DNA from: Candidatus Peregrinibacteria bacterium Gr01-1014_25
GTDB taxonomy: Bacteria > Patescibacteriota > Gracilibacteria > Peribacterales > Peribacteraceae
Direction of reading: 5' to 3'
Assembly (NCBI GenBank): GCA_007376205.1
Contig: VMFU01000007.1
Location: forward strand, 14,118 to 78,117
DNA: 64,000 nt
Position 1 is the first letter of the stretch; each line of letters opens with the position of its first letter. The translations under genes and the position numbers were made by a program. Under the pieces are notes generated by a model. The model made no database searches. It saw only the letters and a program-made list of their open reading frames with translations, and was not told where the DNA came from. This document shows positions 36,732-44,458 of this stretch, one piece after another.

Positions 36732-36749
36732 CACTGTATTAATACAGTG
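36732..36749. promoter_or_regulatory. Copy 3 of the palindrome, CACTGTATTAATACAGTG (perfect 18-bp dyad), downstream of nrdJ and 2 nt before the first ATG of the 36751 ORF
   Basis: The 16-bp core is identical to copy 2. Confidence 0.6.
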
Positions 36750-36750
36750 A

Positions 36751-37248
36751 ATGGGGAGGAGCGGTTCTGTGCATCCAGAAAGGGAAATGGGCTATCATTC
36801 CCGCATGTCCGATCCCTTCCTGGATCATCTGCCATCGCAGGAGCGCGAGAAGATCCGCAAGCGGCTCCGCAGCCCCGAGGCGTATGAGGCTCTGCGGGAC
36901 AAGGTGAAGGGACCCGAGGATCTGGAGAGGGAACTGCGTAGGTCCGAGCAGCTTGCAGAACTCCAGTTCAGCCTGGAGACGGAACCCCACATGCGCGGAG
37001 CGCTCCGGGAACAGATGCGGGAGGATATTCAGGAGAAGGGGATCGATGCCATCCTGGAGGCCGATGCACTCTCTCCCGAGGGCAAAGGAGCCATCGAGCA
37101 AGGCAAGTTCGATGTCCGCGTCGATGCTCATCCCCAGTCGCATGAGGATGCGATCATCGCGGTGCCGGAGGGCAACGTGCAGGAGAAGGCGCCGGTGAAG
37201 ACGGTTTTCAGCGACCGGTACGTGGGGCAGTTTGTGAAGAGGGTGTAG
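36751..37248 (+). CDS. Hypothetical acidic soluble protein
   Basis: ORF with E/R/L-rich ordinary composition. The start is ambiguous: ATG 36751 lies 2 nt after the palindrome, and alternatives are 36787 and 36805. Confidence 0.5.
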   Translation: MGRSGSVHPEREMGYHSRMSDPFLDHLPSQEREKIRKRLRSPEAYEALRDKVKGPEDLERELRRSEQLAELQFSLETEPHMRGALREQMREDIQEKGIDAILEADALSPEGKGAIEQGKFDVRVDAHPQSHEDAIIAVPEGNVQEKAPVKTVFSDRYVGQFVKRV

Positions 37249-37642
37249 CTATTCTTTTCCTTCAACATTTTCCCGTCCTTGTAGAGGCAGCAGCCCCGCC
37301 ACTTTCTTTGTCACCACACAAAGAAAGTAGCCAAAGAAAAGTCTCCGCCGTCTGACGTTCCAGCCGGGCATGGGGAGGTAAGGAAGCGGGAGGAGGGGTC
37401 ATTGGTCGCGACGGCGTTCTTTGTTGTCCTTTCTTTCGCCGGAAAGAAAGGACAGAGGCAACTGCCTCTGACGGAGAAAGTTGCGTGTTTACCTTACATC
37501 GACAGAAACAACACGCCGAAGACGGTGATGAGGAGGAAGAATCGCACAGACCGTGCACCCTACGCTTCCCGGAATGCCTTTTGCAATACCCGATGGGCAA
37601 AGAGCCCTTGATCAAGATGAAAAAACTGAACACATTACTATT
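37249..37642. other. Hairpin-rich non-coding spacer between convergent genes (candidate small RNA or terminator cluster)
   Basis: The perfect hairpins are ACTTTCTTTGT-caccac-ACAAAGAAAGT (37301-37328), TGTCCTTTCTTTC-gccg-GAAAGAAAGGACA (37425-37454) and CAGAGG-caactg-CCTCTG (37453-37470). An imperfect GGAAG..GCAC-agacc-GTGC..CTTCC lies at 37535-37569. The only long ORF has non-protein-like composition. Confidence 0.35.
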
Positions 37643-37951
37643 TCAATGCTGTGAACCTGCTGTGGAAAAATGGCTTAGGGAATCATCAGGAGCGCATTTA
37701 TTGGGCTGTCGTTTTCCGCAGACCGTACAATGGTGAATGATCATCCAGCCCTTCTTGGAGCGGAAATCGACGCTCTCCGGTTCCATCATCCCTTTGCAGA
37801 GGGCAGCGCGGTCTCCCGGGCCATGCTCATCGACATGCCTGCTCCACAGGCACATAGGGCAGTGATTGCGGTACGTACCTGCTCCCAAGGGCTCCACGTG
37901 CACTCCGCAATGGCCGCAGGTGAACGCCTCTTCGCGGGGAATGAAGACCAT
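37643..37951 (-). CDS. RNHCP domain-containing zinc-ribbon protein
   Basis: CGHCG..YRNHCPMCLWSRHVD..HHCTVCG matches the RNHCP signature. It lies 3 nt downstream of ychF. Confidence 0.75.
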   Translation of the reverse strand: MVFIPREEAFTCGHCGVHVEPLGAGTYRNHCPMCLWSRHVDEHGPGDRAALCKGMMEPESVDFRSKKGWMIIHHCTVCGKRQPNKCAPDDSLSHFSTAGSQH

Positions 37952-37954
37952 GGA

Positions 37955-39049
37955 CTACACATTGAACCGGAAATGCATCACATCGCCATCCCGCACCACA
38001 TACGCCTTTCCTTCTTGCCGCATCTTTCCCGATTCTTTGGCTTTCTGCTCGCTTCCATATTGAACAAAATCTTTATACGAAATTGTCTCCGCGCAGATGA
38101 ATCCTCGCTCGAAGTCGGTGTGGATCACGCCGGCAGCCTGTGGAGCTGACGCACCGATGGGGATGGTCCATGCGCGGACTTCCTGAACGCCGGCGGTGAA
38201 GTACGTCTGGAGTCCCAGGGCCTGGTACGCGGCGCCGGCGAGGCGATCGAGGCCGGAGGAGGAAACCCCCAGATCATCCAGGAAAACTTTCGCCTCATCG
38301 GCTGACAGATCCTGCAGGTCTTCTTCGATCTTCGCGGAGATCGCGACGACCACGGCCGTCTCTGGAAGGCCGAGTTCCTTTTTTATGGCTTCAGGCAGGG
38401 CTCCGCGAAGTTCGTTCTCCGCTACATTCACGGCGTAGATGATGGGCTTGAGCGTGAGGAGGTGCAGGTGGCGGGCGATGGCGCGCTCATCCTCGCCGAG
38501 GGGGACGGACGATGCGAGTGAGCCGCTCTCCAGCGCTGCAAGCATTTTCTCCAACACGGCCTGCTCGGCGATGGCCTCTTTGTTTCCGGTGCGCGCGCCG
38601 CCCCGCACCCCCTCGATGCGCCTGCGCACCGTTTCGAGGTCGGCGAGGGCCAGCTCGGTTTCGATGATCTCCCGATCGCGTTTGGGATCAATGGAACCCT
38701 CGACGTGGATGATGTCGCCGCCGGTGAACGCACGGACGACGTGGCAGATGGCGTCGACTTCGCGGATGTGACTCAGGAATTTGTTGCCGAGTCCCTGGCC
38801 TTCGCTCGCGCCCTTCACCAGACCCGCGATGTCCACAAACTGAACGGCGGCGGGAACGACGCGCTCGGGTTTCACGAGGTCTGCGAGCTTCTGCAGGCGG
38901 CTGTCGGGCACTTCGACAATGCCGATGTTCGGGTCGATCGTGCAGAATGGATAGTTTGCCGCCTGCGCCCCGCGTGATCGCGTGAGAGCGTTGAAGAGGG
39001 TGGACTTGCCGACGTTGGGTAATCCTACGATGCCGATTTGCAGTCCCAT
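37955..39049 (-). CDS. ychF: Ribosome-binding / redox-regulated ATPase YchF
   Basis: Conserved blocks are IGIVGLPNVGKSTLFNALT, NYPFCTIDPN and the C-terminal TGS-like RAWTI..GASAPQAAGVIHTDFERGFI. Confidence 0.95.
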   Translation of the reverse strand: MGLQIGIVGLPNVGKSTLFNALTRSRGAQAANYPFCTIDPNIGIVEVPDSRLQKLADLVKPERVVPAAVQFVDIAGLVKGASEGQGLGNKFLSHIREVDAICHVVRAFTGGDIIHVEGSIDPKRDREIIETELALADLETVRRRIEGVRGGARTGNKEAIAEQAVLEKMLAALESGSLASSVPLGEDERAIARHLHLLTLKPIIYAVNVAENELRGALPEAIKKELGLPETAVVVAISAKIEEDLQDLSADEAKVFLDDLGVSSSGLDRLAGAAYQALGLQTYFTAGVQEVRAWTIPIGASAPQAAGVIHTDFERGFICAETISYKDFVQYGSEQKAKESGKMRQEGKAYVVRDGDVMHFRFNV

Positions 39050-39101
39050 AACCGGTGTAGAGTACCGAATTTCAGTGTTTTGCCTAGGAGATCACCTTTT
39101 A

Positions 39102-39130
39102 TTGACAAAATGTAATAATATGACTATATT
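39102..39130 (+). promoter_or_regulatory. Sigma-70-like promoter TTGACA-17-TATATT
   Basis: The hexamers are at 39102-39107 and 39125-39130. ATG 39138 is 7 nt after the -10 box. Confidence 0.55.
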
Positions 39131-39137
39131 CTACACA

Positions 39138-40292
39138 ATGCATTCCCGGATGATTGTTGGCATTTTCGCGCTCCTCGTGGGCGTTGTTACCCTCCCTGCG
39201 GTGGAGGCATCCGCACAGGGGTACGGGGGACTGACGCGCGCCGAGGCGATCGCTCTGCTTGTCGAGTCGCAGCCGGACCTGCAGCCAGCTTTGGAATCCA
39301 AGCGTGCGGCGATGCCACCCGTACCGCTCTTCCGCGATGTGCGGCAGCACCACTGGTATGCGCCGTACATTGAGGTCGCGTTCGAGCAGCACCTGATCCG
39401 CGGTAACCCCGACGGAACATTCCGCCCCGGTTCGATACTCACCTCCGAAGAAGGCGCGATGCTCCTAGCACGGGCTTGGGCGAAGGAGAGCGCGGTGCTC
39501 TTCATTCCCCGTGACGGAGGCGCGGTCGCCTACGTGCCGTCACTTGCAGAGCTCGCATCGGCGTACGGTATGCGCACATCCGTTGGGCCGTTTCCACTTC
39601 CCCGCGACGAATTCCTCTCGCTCCTGGTGCTTCTCTACGACGGCACCGCGGCCGCGGGGTTATCGCAGGAAGCGGTGACTTGGGTAGGCGTCGAGCCTCA
39701 GCTTCTAGAGCCTCCAGTGGCACCGGTTCCCGTTGCCGCTCCGCAGCCTCGGCCGGTTGTTCCCGTCACAATGTCCCCCACGCCCCGCCCCCGTCCGTCG
39801 ACGACCGTGGTGACGTCGCAGCCATCGCCCAATGTCACTGCGGCGCCGACACCTTCCGTCAATGGTACCTCGGGCTTCAGCATCAGCATGTCCTCGCTTG
39901 GCATCCAGAACCTGACCGTCACGCACCCGGACAATCCCTTCACGCATGAAGGGCTGCTCGCGCCGCTCAAGCAGGGCGTCGGACACCTCTTCAGTTACCC
40001 GGGACGCGGCGGCAAGATTCTCATCTACGGACACTCCAGCAGTTATCCGTGGGACGTGTCGGCCTACACGCGCATCTTCCGTCAGATCAACAAGCTGGCC
40101 GTCGGCGACACGGTCACGGTCAACTACGACGGGCGCCAATACACGTACCGCGTGCGCGAGAAGAAAACCGTCCCCGCCCGCGACCTGGCGAGCTACCAGG
40201 ACGAAGGCAACGGCGAAGAGCTCGTGCTCTATACCTGCTGGCCTCCCGATTCCGTGAGCGAGCGGTACCTGGTGATCGCGGAGCCCGTCTAG
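39138..40292 (+). CDS. SLH-domain / sortase-domain fusion protein
   Basis: The signal/TM is MIVGIFALLVGVVTLPAVEASA. The SLH-like motif is FRDVRQHHWYAPYIEVAFEQHLIRGNPDGTFRPGSILTSEEGAMLLARAW. A Pro-rich linker follows. The sortase core has ILIYGHSS (His), ELVLYTCWP (TLxTC-type Cys) and ERYLV (Arg). Confidence 0.75.
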   Translation: MHSRMIVGIFALLVGVVTLPAVEASAQGYGGLTRAEAIALLVESQPDLQPALESKRAAMPPVPLFRDVRQHHWYAPYIEVAFEQHLIRGNPDGTFRPGSILTSEEGAMLLARAWAKESAVLFIPRDGGAVAYVPSLAELASAYGMRTSVGPFPLPRDEFLSLLVLLYDGTAAAGLSQEAVTWVGVEPQLLEPPVAPVPVAAPQPRPVVPVTMSPTPRPRPSTTVVTSQPSPNVTAAPTPSVNGTSGFSISMSSLGIQNLTVTHPDNPFTHEGLLAPLKQGVGHLFSYPGRGGKILIYGHSSSYPWDVSAYTRIFRQINKLAVGDTVTVNYDGRQYTYRVREKKTVPARDLASYQDEGNGEELVLYTCWPPDSVSERYLVIAEPV

Positions 40293-40301
40293 AGGCCGAA
40301 A

Positions 40302-42782
40302 TCACACGCCGATACGTCGGAGGATTTCGCGGCTTACGAAGTCTTTCTGTCGGCCGTACTTCAGGCGCGAGAGTTGCTTGAAGGCCTCCGCAGCCTGGGC
40401 ATCTTTCGGGAACGTCGTGTCCGTCCAGAACTTGGGGACTTCGATGCTGAACGGCCTGCTCGGCTGACCGTCGATGCACAGCTTGATGCATCCGCGGAAC
40501 GCTTCCAGGTTCACGAGGTCCTGCTCGCTGAACACCGGCGCCATTTCCTTTGCGGCGACTTCGGCATCCTGCGGGCCGATCTTGTAGAAGAGCATGGTGC
40601 CGACGTTGCCGAAGACCGCGCCCTTGAGGCTGACGGCTCCGGCGAGCTTGTTCTCCTTCTCGAGCTGGTCGATGTACTGGTGCGCCAGAACCAAACCCAA
40701 GCGGTACTTGCGAGCTTCGGAGAGGATGGACTCGATCGACGGCGTGACGAAGTTCTGGAATTCGTCGATGTACAGGAAGAAATCCTTGCGCTCGTCCTTG
40801 GACATGCGCTGCCGGCGCATCGCGGCCACCTGAATCTTGTTCACGACGATCATGCCGAGGAGTTGCGAGTTGATGTCGCCAATCAGACCCTTCGACAGGT
40901 TCATCAGGATGATCTTTCGTTCGTTCATGCACTGCGCGATGTCGAACGAACTGCGCGTCTGGCCGACGATGTTCCGCATCAGCGTGTTCGTGTAGAACTG
41001 GCCGAATTTCGCCGCGAAGTAGGGGATCATCTCCTGTTTCTCCCGTGCGCCGGTCTTGGCCATCTGGTTGTTCCAGAACGATCGCACGATGGGGTTCTGG
41101 ATTTTGCTCACCTTGTACTTCTGCCATTCTTCGTCGGTGAAGAGACGGACGAGATCGGTGATCGCACCGCCTTCTTCGGGGTCTTCCATCAATGTCAGAC
41201 AGCCGTTACGGAAGTAGTCCTGGATGCGCGGGCCGAAGATCTCCTCGCCGAACATCTTGATCATCATGTTCATCGCGTCGAGGGCGATGAGATCGCGTTC
41301 CTCGGGCGTTGATCCCTCGAGGAGGTTGAGGCCCATCGGGCGTTCCATATCCGCAGGATTGAAATAGATGACGTCGTCGGCGCGGCTGCGCGGAATGTAC
41401 GCGAGCAGATCTTCGATAAGGGATCCGTGTGGATCGACGACGCAGACGCCCCGTCCTGCGGCAAAGTCCTGGCGCGCCATGTTCACGATGGCCGACGACT
41501 TGCCTGTTCCCGTCTGTCCGATGATGTAGAAGTGACGGAAGCGGTCTTCGTTCTTCATGAATACCTGACGGCGCTCGCTGCGGTACGTGTTGTACCCGAG
41601 CATCAAACCGTCTTCCGGAATGGCATTCGGCGCGGCGGCGATCTTGAATGTCTGCCACTTGATCGTCTCCGCTTTGTTGTACTTGATGTGCGGGAGGTGA
41701 TAGAGGCTTGCGAGTTCATTCGTGCCCAGAAGCATGCGCGGAAACTCCAGCCGCTGATGCAGGCTGCGACGGGGCGAACGGCGGAGGAAGCGCTGGACGA
41801 TGCCCTTGCGGTGGGCCATGCGCGCGCGTTTGAAGCCGTTGCCGCGGATGTCGTTGAACTGGGCGAACGATGCCACGATGCCATCGAGAATGGCGTCTGC
41901 GCGCGGGGCCGTGGGAGCCGAGGCGACGATGCGGATTTCGCACTTGAAGCCCGGCGTCGATGCCTTCTCGTCGACGGCCTTGCTGTACTCCTCGACCATC
42001 TGGGAAACACGCTCGCTGGTGGGGGATTCTTCCTTGAGCTCGACGACGTCGCCCGAGGCCGTCAGGAGTTCAAACAGCGACCGTAGGATGGTCACCGGAT
42101 TCCACAGGGACCCGCGGTGCTTCTTCTTGGGATTGAGCAGTGCCGCGGCATGCTTCTGGAGATGCTTCTGCCAGCCGTCGCGTACAGGCCGGAGCACGAA
42201 CTGCACGGCGGCACCCTCGTCGCGGTGGATCTTCGAGAACGCGTTGGTGACGGCGTTGAGGGGGTCGCTCTTCATCTGCTGGTACGTCTTGAAGACGTGC
42301 TCGTACGTCTTGGACGGCATCAGTGTTGCAGCAGCGACGGTCGATTCGGGGGTGAAGATGTTGTACTCCTCGACTTCGTCGATCACGCAGTCGGGATAGA
42401 AGGACGTCAGTTGCTTCTCGAGCATCGGCGCCAGCGACCGCGGGCATGCGGCGAAGAACAGGATCTCGCCGCTCAACGCCGCATACTCCAGGGAGAAGAA
42501 CGGTTGCCCTCTCCACAGACGCTTCACCGTCGGATCGACGATGCTGTGCAGTGATTGGAACAAGTGGTCCATCACCCCGATCACCTCCTTGAAATCTTTG
42601 CCGAACTGATCCGAGGCCTCGTCCTTCTCCTCCCGCGTTTCCTTCTTGGGGATCATCATCTGCAGGAAGATCATCGATTCCTCCCGCGCGCGGTTGACCA
42701 GCGTGCGCACCAGCCACACCGCGGCGATCGCCACGAGGATGCTGCCGGCGGCTGCAAGGAGGATAAGGCCCATCGGGGGCAT
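40302..42782 (-). CDS. VirD4/TraD/TraG-like (type IV coupling protein family) P-loop ATPase with an N-terminal TM helix and a ~400-aa unknown domain
   Basis: The Walker A motif is HFYIIGQTGTGKSSAI (about nt 41491-41520). The Walker B / coupling-protein block is FLYIDEFQNFVTPSIESILSEARKYRLGLVLAHQYIDQL. The N-terminal helix is GLILLAAAGSILVAIAAVWLV. Confidence 0.8.
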   Translation of the reverse strand: MPPMGLILLAAAGSILVAIAAVWLVRTLVNRAREESMIFLQMMIPKKETREEKDEASDQFGKDFKEVIGVMDHLFQSLHSIVDPTVKRLWRGQPFFSLEYAALSGEILFFAACPRSLAPMLEKQLTSFYPDCVIDEVEEYNIFTPESTVAAATLMPSKTYEHVFKTYQQMKSDPLNAVTNAFSKIHRDEGAAVQFVLRPVRDGWQKHLQKHAAALLNPKKKHRGSLWNPVTILRSLFELLTASGDVVELKEESPTSERVSQMVEEYSKAVDEKASTPGFKCEIRIVASAPTAPRADAILDGIVASFAQFNDIRGNGFKRARMAHRKGIVQRFLRRSPRRSLHQRLEFPRMLLGTNELASLYHLPHIKYNKAETIKWQTFKIAAAPNAIPEDGLMLGYNTYRSERRQVFMKNEDRFRHFYIIGQTGTGKSSAIVNMARQDFAAGRGVCVVDPHGSLIEDLLAYIPRSRADDVIYFNPADMERPMGLNLLEGSTPEERDLIALDAMNMMIKMFGEEIFGPRIQDYFRNGCLTLMEDPEEGGAITDLVRLFTDEEWQKYKVSKIQNPIVRSFWNNQMAKTGAREKQEMIPYFAAKFGQFYTNTLMRNIVGQTRSSFDIAQCMNERKIILMNLSKGLIGDINSQLLGMIVVNKIQVAAMRRQRMSKDERKDFFLYIDEFQNFVTPSIESILSEARKYRLGLVLAHQYIDQLEKENKLAGAVSLKGAVFGNVGTMLFYKIGPQDAEVAAKEMAPVFSEQDLVNLEAFRGCIKLCIDGQPSRPFSIEVPKFWTDTTFPKDAQAAEAFKQLSRLKYGRQKDFVSREILRRIGV

Positions 42783-42814
42783 GGGGGTATCCTACCATTG
42801 TACCATACTTTTCG

Positions 42815-43978
42815 ATGAGAACGCTCTGGTTTTGGCGGCAACGACATGTGCGGACCATGATCCGCGTCGTCCGGCGGCTACTGCTGGGCCGCGAGGGGCA
42901 GCGCCTGGTGCGGGGTTTGCGGCTGTTCTACCGCCTCCGGACGGAGGTCGTTCTGCAGTCAGAGCAGGTGGGGCGGCTCGCCAAACGCACCGCCGTACGC
43001 GTGTGGATCGACGGGACGGAAGCCTTTGCCCGGATCGAACGGCTCCTGCGCAGCGCGCGACATACCATCATCATCCAGATGTTCATCTGGCGCGACGACG
43101 CGACGGGACAGCGCATCGCCGCTCTGCTGCTGGAGGCCGCGGACCGCGGCGTGCGCGTGAGCATCGCGAAGGAGGCCGTGGGAGACGTGTTCGAATTTGA
43201 GCGCGATTTCCTGGGGACAAGCATGAACCCGGATGGCGTGTGGAAGCGCTTCTGGTCGCATCCGAACATCGACGTCACGCATGCCAAACACAACGATCAC
43301 GCCAAGGTGTACATCATCGACGATCACACATTGCTCCTCTCCGGTATGAACATCACCGACGCATGCCGCTACGAATGGCACGATTACCTGGTCGAGCTGC
43401 GCGGGAGCGGGTTCGTCCGGCAATACCTGACGGGCGAAGTTCCGGTTGCGGGGAACGGTCAAGTCCAGCTCGTCATGAATGGCGGAACGGCGCACGGCAT
43501 CCGGTCGGCACTGATGCGCTTCCTCGAAGGCGCGTCGTCCACGATCGTCGTCGAGCATGCGTACCTATCCGATCAGCGCGTCATCGATCTCCTTGTCTGC
43601 AAGAGCAGAGAAGGCGTCCGCGTGACCGTCGTGCTCCCCGAGCACCCCAACCTGCACGCGAACGCCAACCTGCTGTCCGTCGCGCGTCTTCTCTCCGAAG
43701 GAGCGAGAGGATTCCTCCACGTCGTCCTCTACCCCCGCATGGTGCACGGCAAGCTCATTCTCGTCGACCGGACGCGGGCGTTCCTCGGATCGGCGAATCT
43801 CATTACGTCATCCATCGACGAGATGGGCGAGGTCAACGTGCTGATCGACTCGCCGTTCAGCCGCGCGATCGCGACGATCCGCGACACGCTCCGCGAGGAC
43901 ATTCAGGCCTCGCGCCCGCTCACGATGGCCCCTTCCCTCTGGTGGCTTGGGAGGATGCTGGCGAAGATGGGGATGTAA
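42815..43978 (+). CDS. Phospholipase D / cardiolipin-synthase family protein (two HKD motifs)
   Basis: The HKD motifs are HAKVYIIDDHTLLLSGMN and HGKLILVDRTRAFLGSAN. An alternative start is at 42857. Confidence 0.8.
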   Translation: MRTLWFWRQRHVRTMIRVVRRLLLGREGQRLVRGLRLFYRLRTEVVLQSEQVGRLAKRTAVRVWIDGTEAFARIERLLRSARHTIIIQMFIWRDDATGQRIAALLLEAADRGVRVSIAKEAVGDVFEFERDFLGTSMNPDGVWKRFWSHPNIDVTHAKHNDHAKVYIIDDHTLLLSGMNITDACRYEWHDYLVELRGSGFVRQYLTGEVPVAGNGQVQLVMNGGTAHGIRSALMRFLEGASSTIVVEHAYLSDQRVIDLLVCKSREGVRVTVVLPEHPNLHANANLLSVARLLSEGARGFLHVVLYPRMVHGKLILVDRTRAFLGSANLITSSIDEMGEVNVLIDSPFSRAIATIRDTLREDIQASRPLTMAPSLWWLGRMLAKMGM

Positions 43979-43985
43979 TAGGGGT

Positions 43986-44363
43986 TTACCGCTGTCTTTT
44001 TGCCAGGACCGCTTCCACCATCTCGACCAGCTTTCGGATTGTCATGTCCTTCTTCACGAAGAAGTCGTCCACGGCCAGCTGGCGGCCGCGCTCGCGCACC
44101 TTCGCATCATCGAAGTTCGTCAGCACGATCACGGGGTAGGACCTCTTCTCCTTGGGCAGATGTTCCAGAACGGTCATGCCGTCCATCTTGGGCATGTGGA
44201 CATCGAGGATGAGTACGTCGGGTGAATGTGATTGGAGTTCGATGAGGCACTGCTCGCCATCCTCGCAGGTCTTCAAATCGAAGCCTGCCAGGCCGAATTT
44301 CTTCATGTACAAATTCCGCAGGGCGGCGTCATCCTCGGCGATCAGAATGGTTCCCTTAGCCAT
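43986..44363 (-). CDS. Stand-alone response-regulator receiver (CheY-like)
   Basis: The receiver motifs are ILIAEDD, PDVLILDVHMPKMDG and PVIVLTN. At 125 aa it has no output domain. Confidence 0.85.
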   Translation of the reverse strand: MAKGTILIAEDDAALRNLYMKKFGLAGFDLKTCEDGEQCLIELQSHSPDVLILDVHMPKMDGMTVLEHLPKEKRSYPVIVLTNFDDAKVRERGRQLAVDDFFVKKDMTIRKLVEMVEAVLAKRQR

Positions 44364-44458
44364 AAAGAGGGAGAAACAGGGTGATCCTAGTCCTCTTGCC
44401 CGTCGGGAACAACCGCCTGCCTCTTTCCGAGAACTGTCAATTCTGCTATACTTATGGG

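Noticed and set aside
30730-36749. The palindrome read as a LexA SOS box.
   Set aside because: The E. coli-type SOS box is CTGT-N8-ACAG. Here the spacing is CTGT-N6-ACAG, and none of the adjacent genes is an SOS gene. No lexA or recA gene is in the window.
37262-37633. A 123-aa ORF on the minus strand filling the long spacer.
   Set aside because: Its composition is not protein-like (runs of S, C, R and P). It has no Shine-Dalgarno site or promoter, and it is made largely of the hairpin arms. I treat the region as non-coding.
37249-37642. Possible tmRNA, RNase P RNA, SRP RNA or 6S RNA in the hairpin-rich spacer.
   Set aside because: I found no tRNA-like GGTTCGA..CCA 3' end and no GGGG 5' end, so tmRNA is unlikely. 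No GAGGAAAGUCC / ACAGAA..GGCUUA pair at a sensible spacing is present, so RNase P is unlikely. No GGAAGCAGC-type SRP domain IV motif is present either. I cannot assign a family by eye.
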